59,519 nucleotides of DNA from Polyangia bacterium (GCA_050287845.1 JBNKCR010000016.1:1-59519); one strand, 5' to 3'. Counted from the stretch's first letter, positions 1 to 10,200 are shown. A program made the numbers and translations. The notes: generated from the sequence alone by a model not told the origin.

Positions 1-205
1 GGGGCGTACAGACCAGCAGGTGGAAATGATTGGGCATTAAAGAATACGCGTGAACTTCTATCCCGTATCGGTCAATAGTATTATGTATCGCAAACAAAAA
101 CGCCACTGCGTCGTTGTCATCAATAAATATGTTCTCTCTGTTCCGGCCACGATTCATCACATGATGCCACGCACCGGGATAATCTTCTCTTGCTGCTCTG
201 GGCAT
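1..205 (-). mobile_element. REP-associated tyrosine (RAYT)/IS200-like Y1 HUH transposase, N-terminal part (runs off window)
   Basis: Manual translation from ATG 205: MPRAAREDYPGAWHHVMNRGRNRENIFIDDND...YGIEVHAYSLMPNHFHLLVCTP; H-V-x-N-R-G and MPNHFHLL (HUH) motifs. Not in ORF track. Confidence 0.9.
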
Positions 206-235
206 GACACAACAAATAGAAAACTATCTGATAAA

Positions 236-259
236 TGTCAAGTGTAAACACCTGACCCC
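236..259 (-). repeat. GGGGTCAGGTGTTTACACTTGACA motif upstream of RAYT (possible element end/REP-like site, includes TTGACA -35)
   Basis: Sequence lies 30 bp upstream of the transposase start; from recollection GGGGTCAG-type motifs flank RAYT genes; single copy here. Confidence 0.4.
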
Positions 260-375
260 TTTTCCTCTTTTCCCAACCGATGCACCATATCACTTTTGTC
301 CGCCAGACGAAAAAAATGATGGCAAAGCGAGTGCTGATTTAAGCACCGGTATATAACAGAACGCGTTTTTGAATT

Positions 376-394
376 GTGCGGTCACTGACCGCAC
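376..394. repeat. Perfect palindrome GTGCGGTCA-C-TGACCGCAC (REP-like)
   Basis: 9-bp arms, 1-nt spacer, ~170 bp from RAYT gene. Confidence 0.55.
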
Positions 395-452
395 TTTTTG
401 AAATGCCCTCGCCAAAGTCTACATATAGTCTACACGGCACATTTTGATTCTG

Positions 453-493
453 AAAAGAAAAAAGCCCCCCGGGCTAAGTGCCCGAGAGGCTTT
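453..493 (-). terminator. Intrinsic terminator of tRNA operon
   Basis: Minus strand AAAGCCTCTCGGGC-ACTTA-GCCCGGGGGGCTTT followed by T-run, 10 nt after tRNA-Arg. Confidence 0.8.
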
Positions 494-503
494 AGGAATT
501 TTG

Positions 504-577
504 CGCGTCCGGAGCGATTCGAACGCCCGACCCTTAGTTCCGTAGACTAATGCTCTATCCAGCTGAGCTACGGACGC
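504..577 (-). tRNA. tRNA-Arg(ACG)
   Basis: GCGTCCG/CGGACGC acceptor, TAGCTCAGCTGGATAGAGC D arm, anticodon loop CT-ACG-GA, GTTCGAATC T loop; no encoded CCA. Confidence 0.97.
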
Positions 578-591
578 AGCAAAAAAGCTTG

Positions 592-677
592 CGGAGAGGG
601 AGGGATTCGAACCCTCGATACCGTTAAGTATACACGCTTAGCAGGCGTGCGCCTTCGACCGACTCGGCCACCTCCCC
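592..677 (-). tRNA. tRNA-Ser(GCT)
   Basis: GGGGAGG/CCTCTCC acceptor, anticodon loop CT-GCT-AA, long variable arm, GGTTCGAATCC; no CCA. Confidence 0.97.
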
Positions 678-684
678 ATTAAAG

Positions 685-769
685 CGGAGGACCAGGGATT
701 CGAACCCCGGGTGGCTCTCACCACAACGGTTTTCAAGACCGCCGCCTTCGACCGCTCGGCCAGTCCTCC
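685..769 (-). tRNA. tRNA-Ser(TGA)
   Basis: GGAGGAC/GTCCTCC acceptor, anticodon loop CT-TGA-AA, long variable arm, GGTTCGAATCC; no CCA. Confidence 0.97.
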
Positions 770-983
770 AAATGTCCGGTCCATCCTTTCGAATGGTACT
801 TGCTAATCTTAAAAGAACAGGTTGTCTATAAGACAACTATCAAGGATTTGCCTTTTGCCACCAACCACTTCAGTTGTCAAGTAATCAGTAATGAAATTAT
901 GTGAAATCCATTTCCGCTTTTCCAATGACTGAACAAATATTTAACGGTTTTCACAGATGCAGCATTGAAATACGCCATCAGAC

Positions 984-1952
984 GTGATTAAACCCACACA
1001 GATGAACTGGACTGCCCTTCTACAGAAACTGCAACACCGATTCAACGGCCCCATCCGCGAGATGGTGCCTCTGTCGGAATACACTTCCTTTGGCATCGGA
1101 GGGCCCGCCCGGCTGTTGGCCACGGTTTCCGACGCCAATTCGGCCGCCGCGCTGATTCGCGAGGCGACCGACCTCAACATGCCGCTCCTGGTTCTGGGAG
1201 GCGGCACCAATCTGCTGGTGAGTGATGAGGGATTCGACGGTCTGGCCATCCACATGGACTTCGGAAAAGTCGTCATTTCCCGGGATACCGCAACGGTCAC
1301 TGCAGGAGCCAGTGTACCGGTAACCGATTTGGTCAACTCAGTGATTTCAAACGCCATCGGGGGAATGGAGTTCGCTGCGGGGCTCCCCGGCAGTGTGGGC
1401 GGCGCCATTGCCGGGAATGCCGGCTGTTTCGGCTCGTGTTTTGGCGACATTCTCACGTCCGCCCTTGTGCTTCACCCGGATGGAACCCTGCAGCAGGTAC
1501 CGCCTGCATTCTTTGAATTCGAATACCGCCATACCCGGGTTGGCGAACAGCGGGTCATTGTTCTGGAAGCCGAATTTGTGCTGGCGCCCGCAAATATGGG
1601 AGAGTTGCGCGCCACCGCCGCGGCACACCTGGACCTCCGTCGAACCCGCCATCCATCCCGGGACATCAGAACCGCCGGATCGTATTTCAAGAATCTGCCC
1701 CCCCTTCACCCCGGGGAACACCGGCGCGCGGCAGGCGCTCTCCTGGAGCAGGTGGGAGCGAAACAGATGTCGGTGGGCGACGCTGCGGTCTTTGAAAACC
1801 ACGCCAATATTCTCATCAACCGGGGCAACGCCACGGCTCGTCAGATGCTGACACTGGAACATATGCTGAAGCAGAAGGTATTCGAAGCATTCGGTGTCAC
1901 GCTGGAGCCCGAAGTCCGATTCATCGGTGCGCGCCCATCAACAGAACAGTGA
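984..1952 (+). CDS. murB: UDP-N-acetylenolpyruvoylglucosamine reductase
   Basis: YTSFGIGGPA, LGGGTNLLVSD, PGSVGGAIAGNAG, AGSYFKN, HANILINRG, LEPEVR motifs; start may be ATG 1002. Confidence 0.95.
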   Translation: MIKPTQMNWTALLQKLQHRFNGPIREMVPLSEYTSFGIGGPARLLATVSDANSAAALIREATDLNMPLLVLGGGTNLLVSDEGFDGLAIHMDFGKVVISRDTATVTAGASVPVTDLVNSVISNAIGGMEFAAGLPGSVGGAIAGNAGCFGSCFGDILTSALVLHPDGTLQQVPPAFFEFEYRHTRVGEQRVIVLEAEFVLAPANMGELRATAAAHLDLRRTRHPSRDIRTAGSYFKNLPPLHPGEHRRAAGALLEQVGAKQMSVGDAAVFENHANILINRGNATARQMLTLEHMLKQKVFEAFGVTLEPEVRFIGARPSTEQ

Positions 1953-1963
1953 TGCCGACTGAT

Positions 1964-2680
1964 TCAAACGTCATTTCCCAGATATAGCGCCCGGGCATTT
2001 TCGCTCTTTCGGATTTGGTCACTCGTGCCGCACTCAACGATTTCGCCATTCACTATCAGATACACCCGGTCACACACGGACAACGACTGGCGAACCGAAT
2101 GGTCAGTGAGCAGAATCCCCATGCCACCCGACGCCAGGGTTCGGATAACCGCGGCCAGGTCTTCCTGGGCAATGGGGTCCACCGCGGCAAACGGTTCATC
2201 CACCAGCAGAATGTGTGGCGCTGTGCAGACCGCCCGGGCAAACTCCAGCTTTCGGCGTTCACCGCCCGACAACGTACCCGCTTTCTGATGGGCCAGATGC
2301 AACAGACCGAACCGGGAAAGCAGTTCCTCTGTTTTTTCACGGGAATGACGTATTTTCACCGTTTTCAGAATACCTGTCAGATTGTCCGCCACCGAGAGGC
2401 CCACAAAGACACTCGGCGTCTGAGGCAGGTATCCGATACCCCGTCTGGCCCGCTGATGCAGGGGGAGATGATTCAGGGGCGCCCCCAGACGGACATCTCC
2501 CGCATCCGGTACTTCCAACCCGAGAATCATTCGAAACGTTGTGGTTTTACCCGCGCCATTGGGACCGAGCAGGCCCACCACTTCGCCCCCATGCACATCA
2601 ATGGACAGATTGCGGACGACCGGTCGGCCCCGATACGCCTTTGATAGCCCCCGCGCCACAAGCGACTCCCGCCGCGTCAC
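1964..2680 (-). CDS. lptB: LPS export ABC transporter ATP-binding protein
   Basis: GPNGAGKTT, GYLPQ, LSGGERRK, DEPFAAVDP, LLTDH; downstream of LptA-like gene with GTGA overlap. Confidence 0.92.
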   Translation of the reverse strand: MTRRESLVARGLSKAYRGRPVVRNLSIDVHGGEVVGLLGPNGAGKTTTFRMILGLEVPDAGDVRLGAPLNHLPLHQRARRGIGYLPQTPSVFVGLSVADNLTGILKTVKIRHSREKTEELLSRFGLLHLAHQKAGTLSGGERRKLEFARAVCTAPHILLVDEPFAAVDPIAQEDLAAVIRTLASGGMGILLTDHSVRQSLSVCDRVYLIVNGEIVECGTSDQIRKSENARALYLGNDV

Positions 2681-3174
2681 GGTGATACGTCCGCTTTCCC
2701 GGGAAAAACAAAGGTTCCCACAGCCTCTGCCACTTCCACTTCGCCGGTGCGCACATTCAGCCGCACCGTTTTTCCGGACAGCGTATTGCGGTCTCTCACC
2801 ACACGGGGGTTCCCGCTCAACACCACAACGCCGGTTTTCATCGTCATTTCGGCCCTGGCCGCCTCAGCCAGGGTGCCCTGCTGCCGGATGCTTACCTTTC
2901 CCGTGGCCGTCAGAAACAACGGCGCGCCCTGCTCATCGTAGCGAATCAGCAATCGCTCGCATCCGAACTGCACGCCGTCGTAACTGAATCGAACGTGTCC
3001 CGTAAAAACCGCTTGCCGACTTTCGGCATCAATCTGAAGTTTATCGGCCTTGATTTCGACTTCGCTCTTCCCCTGGGCCATCAGAGGGGAGGCCACCGGC
3101 CACCCCCAAAAAAACCCGGAAAAGACTCCCATCCACAACAACATTTTTATACTGCCGTCACGCAGAACTATCAT
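2677..3174 (-). CDS. lptA: LptA/OstA-family periplasmic LPS transport protein
   Basis: Signal peptide then EIKADKL..AVFTGHV..ATGKV..VLSGNPRV beta-jellyroll pattern; ATG 3174 overlaps upstream TGA. Confidence 0.8.
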   Translation of the reverse strand: MIVLRDGSIKMLLWMGVFSGFFWGWPVASPLMAQGKSEVEIKADKLQIDAESRQAVFTGHVRFSYDGVQFGCERLLIRYDEQGAPLFLTATGKVSIRQQGTLAEAARAEMTMKTGVVVLSGNPRVVRDRNTLSGKTVRLNVRTGEVEVAEAVGTFVFPGKADVSP

Positions 3175-3563
3175 CGCAGGTCCTCTTTTCGCAAATTCTC
3201 CGGAAGGGTTATCTTTACCGATACTTCCCCGACACAAGAGGCCTTCGCCCCGTCTTCCCACAGACGAAACCGTTTACATGATACCTGGCCGATGCCATCC
3301 ATAACCACCCGCACATTGCCGAATACTTCCACCCTGGAGAAGTCCTTACTGGCTTCCATGTGGCGTGCAGAAATCCGGGCATGGGTGTTGCCAAGCCAGG
3401 TATCCAGCCGAACATCCAATGCCTGCATCGCGGCCACAGTCCTCTCCCGGGGGACCGCGTCATTTTCGCTGACGGATTGACAGGCCCCTCCACCGACGCA
3501 CCATATCAGCGCGCAGCAGAAAACTTTCCCCCATCGCCGTAATGGATTGTTCGCCCGCTCCAT
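3171..3563 (-). CDS. LptC-like beta-strand protein / putative lipoprotein
   Basis: First gene of lptA-lptB run, hydrophobic N-term with GGAC lipobox-like motif, beta-strand pattern (ISARHMEAS, VFGNVRV). Confidence 0.5.
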   Translation of the reverse strand: MERANNPLRRWGKVFCCALIWCVGGGACQSVSENDAVPRERTVAAMQALDVRLDTWLGNTHARISARHMEASKDFSRVEVFGNVRVVMDGIGQVSCKRFRLWEDGAKASCVGEVSVKITLPENLRKEDLR

Positions 3564-3668
3564 TTTTCGCCGTATTTCGCCATAAACCACCGCATTGGCA
3601 TACCACAGCCAGGTTGGAATGAGGATAGATGCTTGACCAAATGAAAAAAAAAAGTCATTCCCTTCGAT

Positions 3669-4274
3669 ATGAACGATTTCCTACAGCAGTTACCAGAAGA
3701 GATTTGTCAGCTGACCGAACGATGCCGGGCCCATGTACACAAACGATTTTCGCTGGAATTGGATTTTACCAGCGATACGCTTTCTGTTCTGGATTTTTTT
3801 GTGGAAGAACTCGTAAAAGACGAGAATCGCGGCGTGGCCCCCCTCCCCGGTCACCCCTCCCGGATGAACATGCTCCATCTGTTCGCACCAACCATGGGCG
3901 CGTATTTTGGCGCACTGCTGAGCAAACAGTTCGGCGGTCGATTCCGCCACACCGAACAGGATATCAGCAAATGGCGTTTCGAGTTTGAAACGTTTTTCGT
4001 CCGTTTCAATCCCGTCGCCGTTGCCGCCGGCGTAATCGCCAAACAGGAAGTGGACGGACTGCCAGCCCTGCTGATCAGCACGCCGTCTCTCTCCCAGAGG
4101 TTGCAGGAGCGCTTTGACGCCGCACCGGAAATTCCCGAAGACGACTATTTTTCTTTCTGTAGCTTCTTTGAATCCATTCAGATTGCCAACGAATTCCTGA
4201 TTGAAGTAAGCCGGAAGGACGGTAAAATGAATTGCAGCAGCCAGAACTACGACCTGCTGCTGGGTGACAAATAA
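3669..4274 (+). CDS. Hypothetical protein
   Basis: 201-aa ORF with natural composition; ELDFTSDTL..LD and GAYFG motifs recall uncharacterised families. Confidence 0.7.
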   Translation: MNDFLQQLPEEICQLTERCRAHVHKRFSLELDFTSDTLSVLDFFVEELVKDENRGVAPLPGHPSRMNMLHLFAPTMGAYFGALLSKQFGGRFRHTEQDISKWRFEFETFFVRFNPVAVAAGVIAKQEVDGLPALLISTPSLSQRLQERFDAAPEIPEDDYFSFCSFFESIQIANEFLIEVSRKDGKMNCSSQNYDLLLGDK

Positions 4275-4282
4275 GCCTGCAA

Positions 4283-4603
4283 TCAGTCCAGTTGACGGGT
4301 CAGACCAATCAGATAGGGGTCAGAGGCAATGGTGTCCCGCAGCATGGCTGCAACTTCCTGGCGCAGCGATTCAGGTGCGCTCGCCACCATTTCAACGGAC
4401 ATGGTCTGCTCAATCAACGCATCCACTGCCTGGGACGTATCGATACGTCCCGCCGCCAGGTCCACAGCGATCTGAGTGACCGGATCTGCGCTTTCCGTTT
4501 CTGTGACACCGACAGCTTCAGTACCCGCCGCCTGATTTTCTGCACTCCGGGCGACCTCTGACAACCCCTGAATAGGATTTCCGCTCTGAATTTTTATACT
4601 CAT
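4283..4603 (-). CDS. Hypothetical helical protein (106 aa)
   Basis: ATG 4603 preceded by AAGGTG; MSIKIQSGNP...DPYLIGLTRQLD. Confidence 0.7.
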   Translation of the reverse strand: MSIKIQSGNPIQGLSEVARSAENQAAGTEAVGVTETESADPVTQIAVDLAAGRIDTSQAVDALIEQTMSVEMVASAPESLRQEVAAMLRDTIASDPYLIGLTRQLD

Positions 4604-5184
4604 CTGATCAAAACACCTTATATTTCTGTCTGCGCACCTATGACGGAATATATTAGACACTGTCGCAAGGGAATGCAATCCATCTGACTTTTTTACCTGA
4701 AAAACCCCCACCCACCTTCTTTGTGTCAATCTGAAAGGAATCCACGGATTGTCCGCAAATCCCTTACTTGTAATCTGTTCAGCATCACGAATATGATACA
4801 TGAAAAATGTGGATAATCAGGTATGAAATCGTCATTCAAACACGCATAAAGTACGACAATGAACTACAATTACCAAAACGTATAAACTCTATTAGCCCCC
4901 AATGAAAACGAACGCGAACTTTAAATTGGATAATCCCCGATGAACACAGGCTTTCCTCGATTCCGAATTTCGAATTTACCCTTTTTGAGGGACAAAATAG
5001 CTGATTTTTAGAGAATCTCCCCAAATTTAAACCTGGCATTCAACATAAATTGAGAAATTACCACAATTAAAGGATAATCTTTGGGAAAACTTCAAACATG
5101 TGTAAATAAAAGGAAATTCTCACTGACACAACTGTCATATCCAGCTATATCAACGAAAATCCGTTTTCTGTCGATTTTTTTTTA

Positions 5185-5213
5185 TTGACCGATGGGACTT
5201 CTGAACATATGAT
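5185..5213 (+). promoter_or_regulatory. Sigma70-type promoter of HU gene
   Basis: TTGACC-17 bp-TATGAT with T-rich upstream tract. Confidence 0.65.
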
Positions 5214-5278
5214 TCCTGCATTCCAAATAAAACGAACCACGGGAGGCGGTCTCCCCTGGTCTAAAGGAGAAAAAGAAA

Positions 5279-5581
5279 ATGACAAAAGCAGAATTGATCG
5301 ATGCCGTTGCTTCGGCAAAAGACGTTCCCAGTGATCTGTCTAAAAAAGCCGTTCAGGCAGTAATTGATGAAACCTTCACTCAGATGAAAAAGGTTGTTAA
5401 AAAAGACGGTCGTTTCAGCTTCCCCGGTTTCGGTACCTTCAACAAGAAAAAACGCAAAGCCCGCACTGGTCGCAATCCCCAGACTGGCGAAAAAATCAAA
5501 ATCAAAGCGCAGACAACGGTATCTTTCCGTCCTGCGCAGGGCCTGAAGGATTTCATCGGCGGTAGCACCAAAAAGAAATAG
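5279..5581 (+). CDS. hup: HU family DNA-binding protein
   Basis: MTKAELIDAVA, FPGFGTF, RKARTGRNPQTGEKIKIKA, FRPA; AAGGAG RBS. Confidence 0.96.
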   Translation: MTKAELIDAVASAKDVPSDLSKKAVQAVIDETFTQMKKVVKKDGRFSFPGFGTFNKKKRKARTGRNPQTGEKIKIKAQTTVSFRPAQGLKDFIGGSTKKK

Positions 5582-5610
5582 TTTTCAGCTTCTGTCAGTT
5601 GAGACATAAG

Positions 5611-5644
5611 AAGGGAGCCGATTAAACTCGGTTCCCTTTTTTTA
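5611..5644 (+). terminator. Intrinsic terminator after HU
   Basis: AAGGGAGCCGA-TTAAAC-TCGGTTCCCTT followed by T-run. Confidence 0.85.
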
Positions 5645-5775
5645 TTCAGGCATACTCCTGTTTCTGATTTTAAACATAATTACCCAAAGTTACACAACTA
5701 CGAGGCCGTTCTTGCCCGAGCAATTTGACAGGGTAACCAAATGTATGATACTGTATTCCACAGTAGGAGGTTATC

Positions 5776-6165
5776 ATGGATGAACGCTATGAAATACGCC
5801 ACGCGGTGAAATACCCGATTGATGTGACGACGCCGTATCTGGATGAGCCGGTGCGCCTTGAAACGCTGGACTTGAGTCCCGGGGGTGCCTACATCGGTTG
5901 TGATTGTCTGCCGGATCCGGGCGAATGGGTTGTATGTACTTTTACCACCGGCCGAAACCATCAATATGAATTTTTTGGACAGGTCGTGAGGACAAATTTA
6001 ATGAGACGTACTGAAGAACAGGGGAAAGCCGGTTTTGGCGTGGAATTCCTCGATACCAGGGCTGTAGACCGGCTGCGGATACGACAACAGCTTCGAGAGA
6101 ATACCCCTCCGCTTCCGGTAATGAGGAAAGTCTCCAAGGATACAAAAGTGGTGAAACGGCGGTAG
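5776..6165 (+). CDS. Stand-alone PilZ domain protein (c-di-GMP receptor)
   Basis: RxxxR (RYEIR) and DxSxxG (DLSPGG) intact, GQVVR, GFGVEFL; AGGAGG RBS. Confidence 0.9.
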   Translation: MDERYEIRHAVKYPIDVTTPYLDEPVRLETLDLSPGGAYIGCDCLPDPGEWVVCTFTTGRNHQYEFFGQVVRTNLMRRTEEQGKAGFGVEFLDTRAVDRLRIRQQLRENTPPLPVMRKVSKDTKVVKRR

Positions 6166-6232
6166 GCGCGATAGCAACCGGTAACGTTGCCATTTTTTTG
6201 ACCTTTTTGTTCAATCTGGCTATGAAAATGAT

Positions 6233-6520
6233 ATGAGCTCCCTGTGGCGATTCATATGGTTTACACTTCCTCTGGCACTTCTGTTGGGGACGGCGGTCTA
6301 TGTGCCACTGAAACTGAACGATAACGACGGGTACGCCCGAGTTGATCGCCTCAGGGAAGAGCTGGAATCCCTCAAATCACAGAATCGACGTCTCGCCAGA
6401 GAAAACGATGCGGTCCGTCAAAACATCCGCGCAATCCAATCTGATGCCGATTATATTGAGAATATTGCCAGAAATGAAATGGGAATGATTGGCCCCGACG
6501 AAGTGGTTTATCAGTTCTGA
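6233..6520 (+). CDS. ftsB: FtsB/DivIC septum formation initiator family protein
   Basis: N-terminal TM, coiled coil, YIENIARNEMGMIGPDEVVYQF. Confidence 0.85.
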   Translation: MSSLWRFIWFTLPLALLLGTAVYVPLKLNDNDGYARVDRLREELESLKSQNRRLARENDAVRQNIRAIQSDADYIENIARNEMGMIGPDEVVYQF

Positions 6521-6581
6521 AACATTGAAATCTGAGTACGAGGCAGTACCACCTCGGGTTTCCTCACACGCACCTCCCTCC

Positions 6582-7184
6582 TCAGGTTGCCTCGTCTTCG
6601 TGCAACGATTGAATCAGGTCCGTCAGCCGGGAAATATTTAACGTATCGGGCGTCTGCGGTTTTCCGATGCGTACCGTTATCCGGGCAAATGGCTTCGGTA
6701 ACGTATACTGGTCCCATGTGTTCCTGAAAATCCATGCACTTCCCGCCCGGGCTGCAACGGGAACCACCAGGGCGCCACCGCAACTCGCTGCGATGATCGC
6801 ACCGCCTTTCGCCACCCGAATCGGCCCCCGTGGACCGTCCACCGCAAACGCTGCGTCACATCCCCCGCGGATGCGCCGAACCATGCTTTTGAGCCCGGCC
6901 GCTCCGCTTCGACTGGATGACCCCCGGCAGACACCATATCCCAGTCTGCCCAGAATATTCGCCTGCAACGTCCCATCCGCTGAAAGTGAAGACAGCACCA
7001 CAATCGGAACCGATTGCCGGTATGCCAGCAAAGGGGCCTGTCGTCCGTGCCAGAAACAGAAGACCATACGTCTTTTTGTTGGAAGAGGTGCGTCGTACAC
7101 CACACGAACCCGCCACGTGAATCGTAGCAGGCGCAGAAGGCCCGTTGCAAGCAGCGCCAGAATATTCAGTCTGATATTTTTCAA
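6582..7184 (-). CDS. DUF374 / lysophospholipid acyltransferase-like protein
   Basis: FWHG, SLSADG, RGSSSR, AVDGPRGP, WDQYTLPKPF motifs. Confidence 0.9.
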   Translation of the reverse strand: MKNIRLNILALLATGLLRLLRFTWRVRVVYDAPLPTKRRMVFCFWHGRQAPLLAYRQSVPIVVLSSLSADGTLQANILGRLGYGVCRGSSSRSGAAGLKSMVRRIRGGCDAAFAVDGPRGPIRVAKGGAIIAASCGGALVVPVAARAGSAWIFRNTWDQYTLPKPFARITVRIGKPQTPDTLNISRLTDLIQSLHEDEAT

Positions 7185-7216
7185 TGGGGTCCGATGGGGG
7201 TGATATCAGCGAAAAG

Positions 7217-10200
7217 TCAGCACTTTTCGATGCCTTCCTTGCAACCTATATGCTCGGCATCTTCATCCAATCCGCGACGGAACATACCTTTGGCTTTCCG
7301 GGGGTCTCCCTGCTGGAGCTGAATTTCGCCCACATAGCAGTACACATCGGCCTTGGTCAACCCGCCCGCTGAATCAAACCGCTGGAGAAGCAATGCCCTG
7401 AAAAGTTTCGCTGCCTTGTCCAGGTCATTCATTTCATAGTGTAACTTGCCCAATGTGACCAGAACCTCAATATTGGAAATATCCATCTTGTATGCGGCTT
7501 CCAGATGTTCCAGAGCCTGATCCCCTTGCCCCTGTGCCATGAACGCTCTGGCCAGTTTCTGATGATAGACCGCAGCTTTCTTTGAACGCTTCTTTCCGCC
7601 CCGGGTTTCGGCATCAATCAGATTTTCCATCACTGGAATGGCATCCGCGCTGCGTCCGGCATCAACATACGCATCGGACAATTTAAGCAATACGTCGATA
7701 TTGGACTGGTCCAGCTGATAGGCCTTCTCAAGGGTGGTGACAGAACCGGACAGATCCTGAAGCAACTCTGCCTGAACCTCAGCAATCTCCATCAACTTCT
7801 CAAAACGTTCCCCATCGCTGGTGACCGCGCTCTCCTGACGTACCAACGCATCCAGCAGCCCCTGAGCATCGCCACTTTCCCGACACAGTTCCACCAGACG
7901 CTCATTGGCTTTGCGATGGGCCGGATAAAGCGAAACGGCTGTCTGCAAGGAATTCAACGCCTTCTCCATGTCATTGAGATGCGACTCATTCAATACGGCC
8001 AATCGATAATGCACTTCCGCGGCGTCTTCTCCGGCGCCATTGGTCTGTGCCGCCTGATGCAATACTTCTGCGACCTTATCCCAATCGCCCTCTGCCTCAT
8101 ACAGTTTTGCCAGTGCGCTCAACGCTCTGGTGTGATTGGGGTCGCGCTCCAGCACGCGCTCGTAAATCTCAGTCGCCCGCATGGTATCATCCAATTGTTC
8201 CTGGAGAATTTCACCCATCTGAACCAGCAACCGCAATTCACTGTTACCATCACCGCGATCGACCGCACTGTTCATCTGCAATTCAAACAGATCCACCAAA
8301 TCCTGCCACCGCTCCTGACTTCTGAAAATGCGTTCCTGCGCTTCGAGGGCTTCGCGGTCGTCCGGACGAACCATCGTAATCTCCCCCCAGCGCTCCACCG
8401 CGTCCTCCAATTCCTCAAACTTCTGTTCACTCAATCGGGCCAGCAGTCGCAGCACGTCAACTCTCGCATCGTCCGTTTCACTGACATCCAACCGATGCTG
8501 ATATACTTCCTGCAAATCGATCCAGCGCTCTGCATTTTTAAAGGCGGATTCCAGCTTGTCCAGCGCGTCACTATCGGTGGGTTCCATTTCCAGAATTTCC
8601 CGATACACATCGACGGCCTTCTCCACTGAATTGAGCGGTCCCATGTACAATGCCCCGGCGCGATGCCGAAATCCATTGCTTTGCGCCACATCGCTGGTGA
8701 ATGAAGCGCGGGCGAGCAACACCTCCACCAGTTGTTCGAAATCCTCGGTTTCCTCGTTCAAATCGATTAACGCGTCGAGAACTTCCAAATCCGCCTCGTC
8801 ATTTTCCAGCACCTGTCGATAATACGAAATCGCGTTCTCCGGACTGTTCAGCTCCACCTGGCAGATTTTCGCCGCCTGAACCAGAATGATTTTTTTCTGA
8901 TTGTAGTCATAGGCAATATCCGCCTGTTTCTGCAGAACCGGCAACAGCTCGTTAAAGCGTCCCAGGGTTCTGAGCAGCTCCACCAGTGCGCCCAACGCGT
9001 CCTGATGTTCGGGATCCTGTTCCAGCACTTTCTGATACAGGATTTCTGCTTTATGAAGATCACCCACCCGATGATAGGCCCACTGGGCTATTTTCAGTCC
9101 CACCGATATTTTCGATTCCGGGTCAATGCCGGATTCCATCACTGCCTTCTCAGCGAGTTCCACCAGCGCTGCCCAACTGCCGGTCACCTCTGCCAGACGC
9201 TCAATCTCCATCATCAGCTCCGGGTCATCCGGAACGAGCGCAAACGCTTTGGCCATGGCATCAAACGCAGCGCCAGAGTCCTGAACCACCAGTTCGTGAT
9301 GCTGCGACAGCTCCTTGTACAACTCCACGCGGTCCACTTCATCTTCGGCGATGGCAAGTTTACTCTCCAGCAGTTTGGCAACCTTGTGCTGCTCACCCCG
9401 CAATTCATACGCCGGTTTCAGCACTTCCGAAATATCCACCACAAAATCATCATATCGCAACATTACTTCCAGTGCGTGCACTGCTTCATCATTATCTGCG
9501 GCAATCTCAACAACATCCCGATACACCGCAATGGCGCCGGCATGGTCTTCAAAGTTGTCTTCCTTGATGCGCCCCTGTCGCAATTTGAGTCTGTTGATTT
9601 CGGAGATATCGGACGATACCTGAATCTCCTGCTCGAGAATTTCGTCGAGTTCACTCCATTTCTGTTCCCGTTCATACAATCTATCCAGCGCAGTGAGCAC
9701 TTCCTCCGACATATCTCCGTTGTCAAAAATCCGACGATAGGCGTTGATTGCGCTGAGGCGATCTCCCATCTGCACTTCCTTGATTTCGCCCAGTTTCATC
9801 AGAATAGCTTTTTCGGCACTGGAGTCATACATGTCCTCAGTAATCTTCTCATATACCTCCGCCAATTCGCGGTACATATCCTCCGCCATTGCGATGTCTT
9901 CCAGTCGCGCGATCGTATCCATTCTGGACGGGTCTTCCTTCAGCGCTCTCACGTAGGTCGCAAACGCATCCCTGGGCACGCTTCTTCCGGTCATATGCAG
10001 TTCAGCAAGGCCCAGCAATGTTTCCAGCCGTTCCGCCGGATCATCAATCAGCTCGATCTTGAGTTCCACAATATCAACCAGCCTATCATAACGACCCGCT
10101 TCATAGTGCAGCGGTTCCAGCACTTCAATGGCGCTCATGCGAACCGATTCATCCCGGGCAAGTTCCTCCAGACGATCCAGTGCACCCTTGTGGGTGGGTT

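Noticed and set aside
50..247. 65-aa plus-strand ORF
   Set aside because: Antisense shadow of the RAYT transposase.
624..836. 70-aa ORF
   Set aside because: Overlaps tRNA-Ser genes.
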